Below are positions 34,653-37,065 of a stretch of DNA of 37,065 nucleotides, one piece after another. How positions within the stretch are numbered: the stretch's first letter is position 1; each line of letters opens with the position of its first letter. The notes beneath the pieces are model-generated. The model searched no databases and was not told the DNA's origin. It worked only from the letters and a program-made list of their open reading frames with translations. The position numbers and the translations under genes were made by a program. The DNA comes from a virus (lineage: Duplodnaviria > Caudoviricetes): IMG/VR virus record IMGVR_UViG_3300048073_000103, positions 1 through 37,065 of that record. One strand, written 5' to 3'.

Positions 34653-34925
34653 ATGTCCCGACTGAACCACAACCAGCAAAAGGCAATCCTCAAATCGGCC
34701 ATCTACACGCTTACGACCGACGGGCACCTGCTCTATGGGAAGGTCATCGGTTACGATACCGACCACAGGGGCTTCGGCGCCATCGTGGCCTTCAGGAACG
34801 GCACCCGAATTTTCTGGGGTGTGAATCCCCGTACCCTGAAAGTGCAGAATCTTGGTATCGCGCCTGACCCTCGCCGCCCCACCCAGCGGACGTACCGGGC
34901 CATCGTTCCCACCTTTTGGCGCTGA
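34653..34925 (+). CDS. Hypothetical protein
   Basis: GGAG RBS, ATG; first gene of rightward operon. Confidence 0.6.
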   Translation: MSRLNHNQQKAILKSAIYTLTTDGHLLYGKVIGYDTDHRGFGAIVAFRNGTRIFWGVNPRTLKVQNLGIAPDPRRPTQRTYRAIVPTFWR

Positions 34926-34935
34926 GGAGGCGGGC

Positions 34936-35178
34936 ATGAATTTGGATGAATACTCGGATGCATGGTTCGACCTCGCCGAATGCCAGTACTTGGACAGGCA
35001 TGGGAAGGTGGGTCGGGTAGTCAAGATCGATTACTTCGATAGCAGAGGCTACATGGCCGAAGTCAAATTCGGAACGTCGTCGCAATGGTACAAATGGGAT
35101 AATGGCGACATCACGCCAGATTATAACCCTTACCTCCATGGCACCGGCATCATACCCCCGGGTGGGTGGGTGCTATGA
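34936..35178 (+). CDS. Hypothetical protein (SH3-like beta pattern)
   Basis: GAGGAGG RBS before ATG 34936. Confidence 0.65.
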   Translation: MNLDEYSDAWFDLAECQYLDRHGKVGRVVKIDYFDSRGYMAEVKFGTSSQWYKWDNGDITPDYNPYLHGTGIIPPGGWVL

Positions 35179-35387
35179 ACCTCATCGGCACAATCCTCAG
35201 CCTCGCCGTCCAGGTCTTCACCTTCTGCATCACGCTCGCCGTGAAGATTCTCTCAGGAATCGTCGGGGCTCTCTGGTCGGCATACCAGAACAGGCGTCCG
35301 GCCCTTCAAAGAAACTTGGCGCAGGGTTCAAGCCCGCGCGCCAAGGGCTACCCTCGGAAAAGGAGGAAGCAATGGCAGCGAAGGTAG
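35175..35387 (+). CDS. Small membrane protein
   Basis: ATGA overlap; hydrophobic N-terminus, basic tail. Confidence 0.55.
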   Translation: MNLIGTILSLAVQVFTFCITLAVKILSGIVGALWSAYQNRRPALQRNLAQGSSPRAKGYPRKRRKQWQRR

Positions 35388-35677
35388 AAAAGCCCCAGTT
35401 CACCGCAGTGGCGGTCGGCGCCGCTGTCTTCCTCCTCAACTGGTTCTCTGCCCAATACTGGTCGTATCCGTTCGCCTGGTGCTGGGGGAAACAGCTGCAG
35501 CCCATCTTCGAGCCGTGGCTGTTCGTCATTCACTTCATGGCGCTGGGGTACTTCGTCCTCTGCATCATGAGCCGGGACGCCTTTAAGGTGGCACAGGGCT
35601 TAATGGTGGCGATTGTCATCTTCAGCGTCCCCACCTTTATGGAAATCCTGTTTCGCCTCGGCAAATCTTGCGGGTAG
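35372..35677 (+). CDS. Three-TM membrane protein
   Basis: AGGAGG RBS before ATG 35372; three hydrophobic segments. Confidence 0.65.
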   Translation: MAAKVEKPQFTAVAVGAAVFLLNWFSAQYWSYPFAWCWGKQLQPIFEPWLFVIHFMALGYFVLCIMSRDAFKVAQGLMVAIVIFSVPTFMEILFRLGKSCG

Positions 35678-35692
35678 GAGCATTGTAAAGCC

Positions 35693-36115
35693 ATGAACCC
35701 GGTTTACATTGAAGGTGCGCCAGAGGGCCATCAGATGATGCGTGACAAGGTAGCGTTGGAAAACGGCTTCTCCCTGTACAAGCTGTACTCGGAAAAGCAG
35801 GCCGCCGCCTTTTGGGGCAAGGATATTTCGACGATGAAGCGCCATCGCCGGAAGGGCATTTTTGAAAAGAAGTTTCCGACCAAGCACGGCGAGGACGGTG
35901 TGATGTACCTCGGCGTCTATATCGCTGACCTGATTATTTGGGGTACTGGCAAATGGCCAAACGAACCGGAAGAGAGTTCCGACTTGGAGACTGGTGGCTT
36001 GCCCAAAGGGCCGGCTCCGACCTCTGGTACCGTTTCCGGTTCGACGCCAAAAGCCGACAGACAACTCGTGTCAGCCTTGGCACAAACGACCTTCAGGAAG
36101 CAAAAAGGCTCCTGA
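35693..36115 (+). CDS. Excisionase-like HTH protein
   Basis: LYSEKQAAAFWGKDISTMKRHRRKG wHTH pattern; directly upstream of and overlapping integrase. Confidence 0.65.
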   Translation: MNPVYIEGAPEGHQMMRDKVALENGFSLYKLYSEKQAAAFWGKDISTMKRHRRKGIFEKKFPTKHGEDGVMYLGVYIADLIIWGTGKWPNEPEESSDLETGGLPKGPAPTSGTVSGSTPKADRQLVSALAQTTFRKQKGS

Positions 36116-37065
36116 CTGAGTGGTGGATTGCGAACACGCTCAAAAAGGAGCGCGACGCCTCGGACGTGCTGCTGGCGGAAGTCCTGCTGGCCTACTACCA
36201 CCAGCACGTCAAAGCCCTGCCGTCCGGGCGCCGGGTGAAGTCCTCCATGGGCCATATCACGGCGTTCTTCGAGGGGAAGACGGTCAAGGAAGCCTGTCAC
36301 CCCGGCCAAATCGACGAATTCGTGAAGGCGATGCTCGCCAAGGGCTTCGCCCGAACCTACGTCAATAACCTGCTGGGGATTATCAAGGCGGCGACCACCC
36401 GCGCCTGGAAGCGCGGGGAGCTGGCCTCCGTCCAGTTTATCGAGCTTATCGAGGCCCAGTCGAAGAAGCCCAAGGGCGACCCCCTCAAACCCGCGCAAAT
36501 CGCCTCCCTGCTGGCCGTAGCCAATAGGCAGACCACCATCGCCATCATGCTCATGCTGGGGACGGGCTGCCGACCCTCGACGGCCTATGAGTACGCGTGG
36601 GAGGGGACGGACTTCGAGGCCGACCTGATGGACTTGAACCCGCCGGGCCGGGTGCAGACCGCCAAGTACCGGCCCATTGTCAAGATGCCGCCCGGCCTCA
36701 AAGCCTTCCTGATGCAGTTCAACTACCGGGAGGGCGTCATCATCCAACGGGCCAATCGGCCTATCCGGCGCTGGGAGACGGCGTGGCGGAATGCTCGCAA
36801 GAAGGCCGGGCTCGGCAACCGGTGCAACCCGTACTCAATCCGTCACACCGTTGCGCGCTATCTGCGTGCGTCTGGCGTGCCGAAGTGGGAAATCGAAAAC
36901 CAGCTCGGACATTCGCAGCTCTCAACCACCGACATCTACGCGCCGCATGCGCCGGACTATCTGGAGAAAGCCTGCGCGGCGATTGAGAAGCTGATGCAGG
37001 AAGTGGCTGCGTGCCAGATGCGTTCCACGCCAGAAATCAAGCCGCTGAAAAGACTCGCGAATTAG
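35953..37065 (+). CDS. int: Tyrosine recombinase / phage integrase
   Basis: TGCRPS (R), AKYR (K), PYSIRHT, QLGH, TTDIYA (Y). Confidence 0.95.
   Translation: MAKRTGREFRLGDWWLAQRAGSDLWYRFRFDAKSRQTTRVSLGTNDLQEAKRLLTEWWIANTLKKERDASDVLLAEVLLAYYHQHVKALPSGRRVKSSMGHITAFFEGKTVKEACHPGQIDEFVKAMLAKGFARTYVNNLLGIIKAATTRAWKRGELASVQFIELIEAQSKKPKGDPLKPAQIASLLAVANRQTTIAIMLMLGTGCRPSTAYEYAWEGTDFEADLMDLNPPGRVQTAKYRPIVKMPPGLKAFLMQFNYREGVIIQRANRPIRRWETAWRNARKKAGLGNRCNPYSIRHTVARYLRASGVPKWEIENQLGHSQLSTTDIYAPHAPDYLEKACAAIEKLMQEVAACQMRSTPEIKPLKRLAN

Larger units (their letters stand above)
1..37065. mobile_element. Temperate podovirus-like prophage joined to a conjugative-mobilisation/integrase module; boundaries and att sites not visible
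   Basis: Ordered terminase-portal-scaffold-capsid-adaptor-nozzle-fibre-ejection-lysis genes, no tape measure or tail tube seen; ERF/YqaJ recombination genes; integrase at right edge. Confidence 0.9.
29461..37065. mobile_element. Integrative mobilisable element-like module
   Basis: ArdC, VirD4-like coupling protein, MOBQ relaxase, oriT, regulator, xis-like gene and integrase; no mating-pair-formation genes. Confidence 0.75.

Noticed and set aside
1-37065. CRISPR array, rRNA, att core duplication, or depletion of PvuII sites
   Set aside because: No regularly spaced repeats or rRNA seen; no att pair identifiable by eye; several CAGCTG sites exist and depletion cannot be assessed without counting

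Overview
The window looks like most or all of a temperate, short-tailed (podovirus-type) prophage from an alphaproteobacterium; the host assignment is inferred from a GTTC-N7-GTTC LexA box and the gene repertoire. Left to right: small leftward accessory genes with structured leaders; a replication initiator; a complete PvuII-like restriction-modification system (C, R, M, C-box); a LexA-boxed two-gene operon; a leftward recombination operon (ERF, NinB-like, YqaJ, DUF968-like); a rightward early operon; an inserted minus-strand cassette (RHH-RAMA protein, 65-bp inverted repeat, winged-HTH protein, tRNA-like RNA with a giant anticodon arm, SIR2-like protein); terminase, portal, scaffold, capsid, tail, ejection and lysis genes; and a ~7.6-kb mobilisation/integration module (ArdC, VirD4-like coupling protein, MOBQ relaxase with oriT, RHH regulator with tandem operators, excisionase-like gene, tyrosine integrase). 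The best candidate for a new system is the SIR2/tRNA-like RNA cassette. Other leads are the phage-plus-mobilisation hybrid architecture, signal peptides on virion-module proteins, a portal gene lacking a canonical start, and a pseudoknot-like leader on the replication gene. All family calls are by motif recognition from memory; no searches or folding programs were run.
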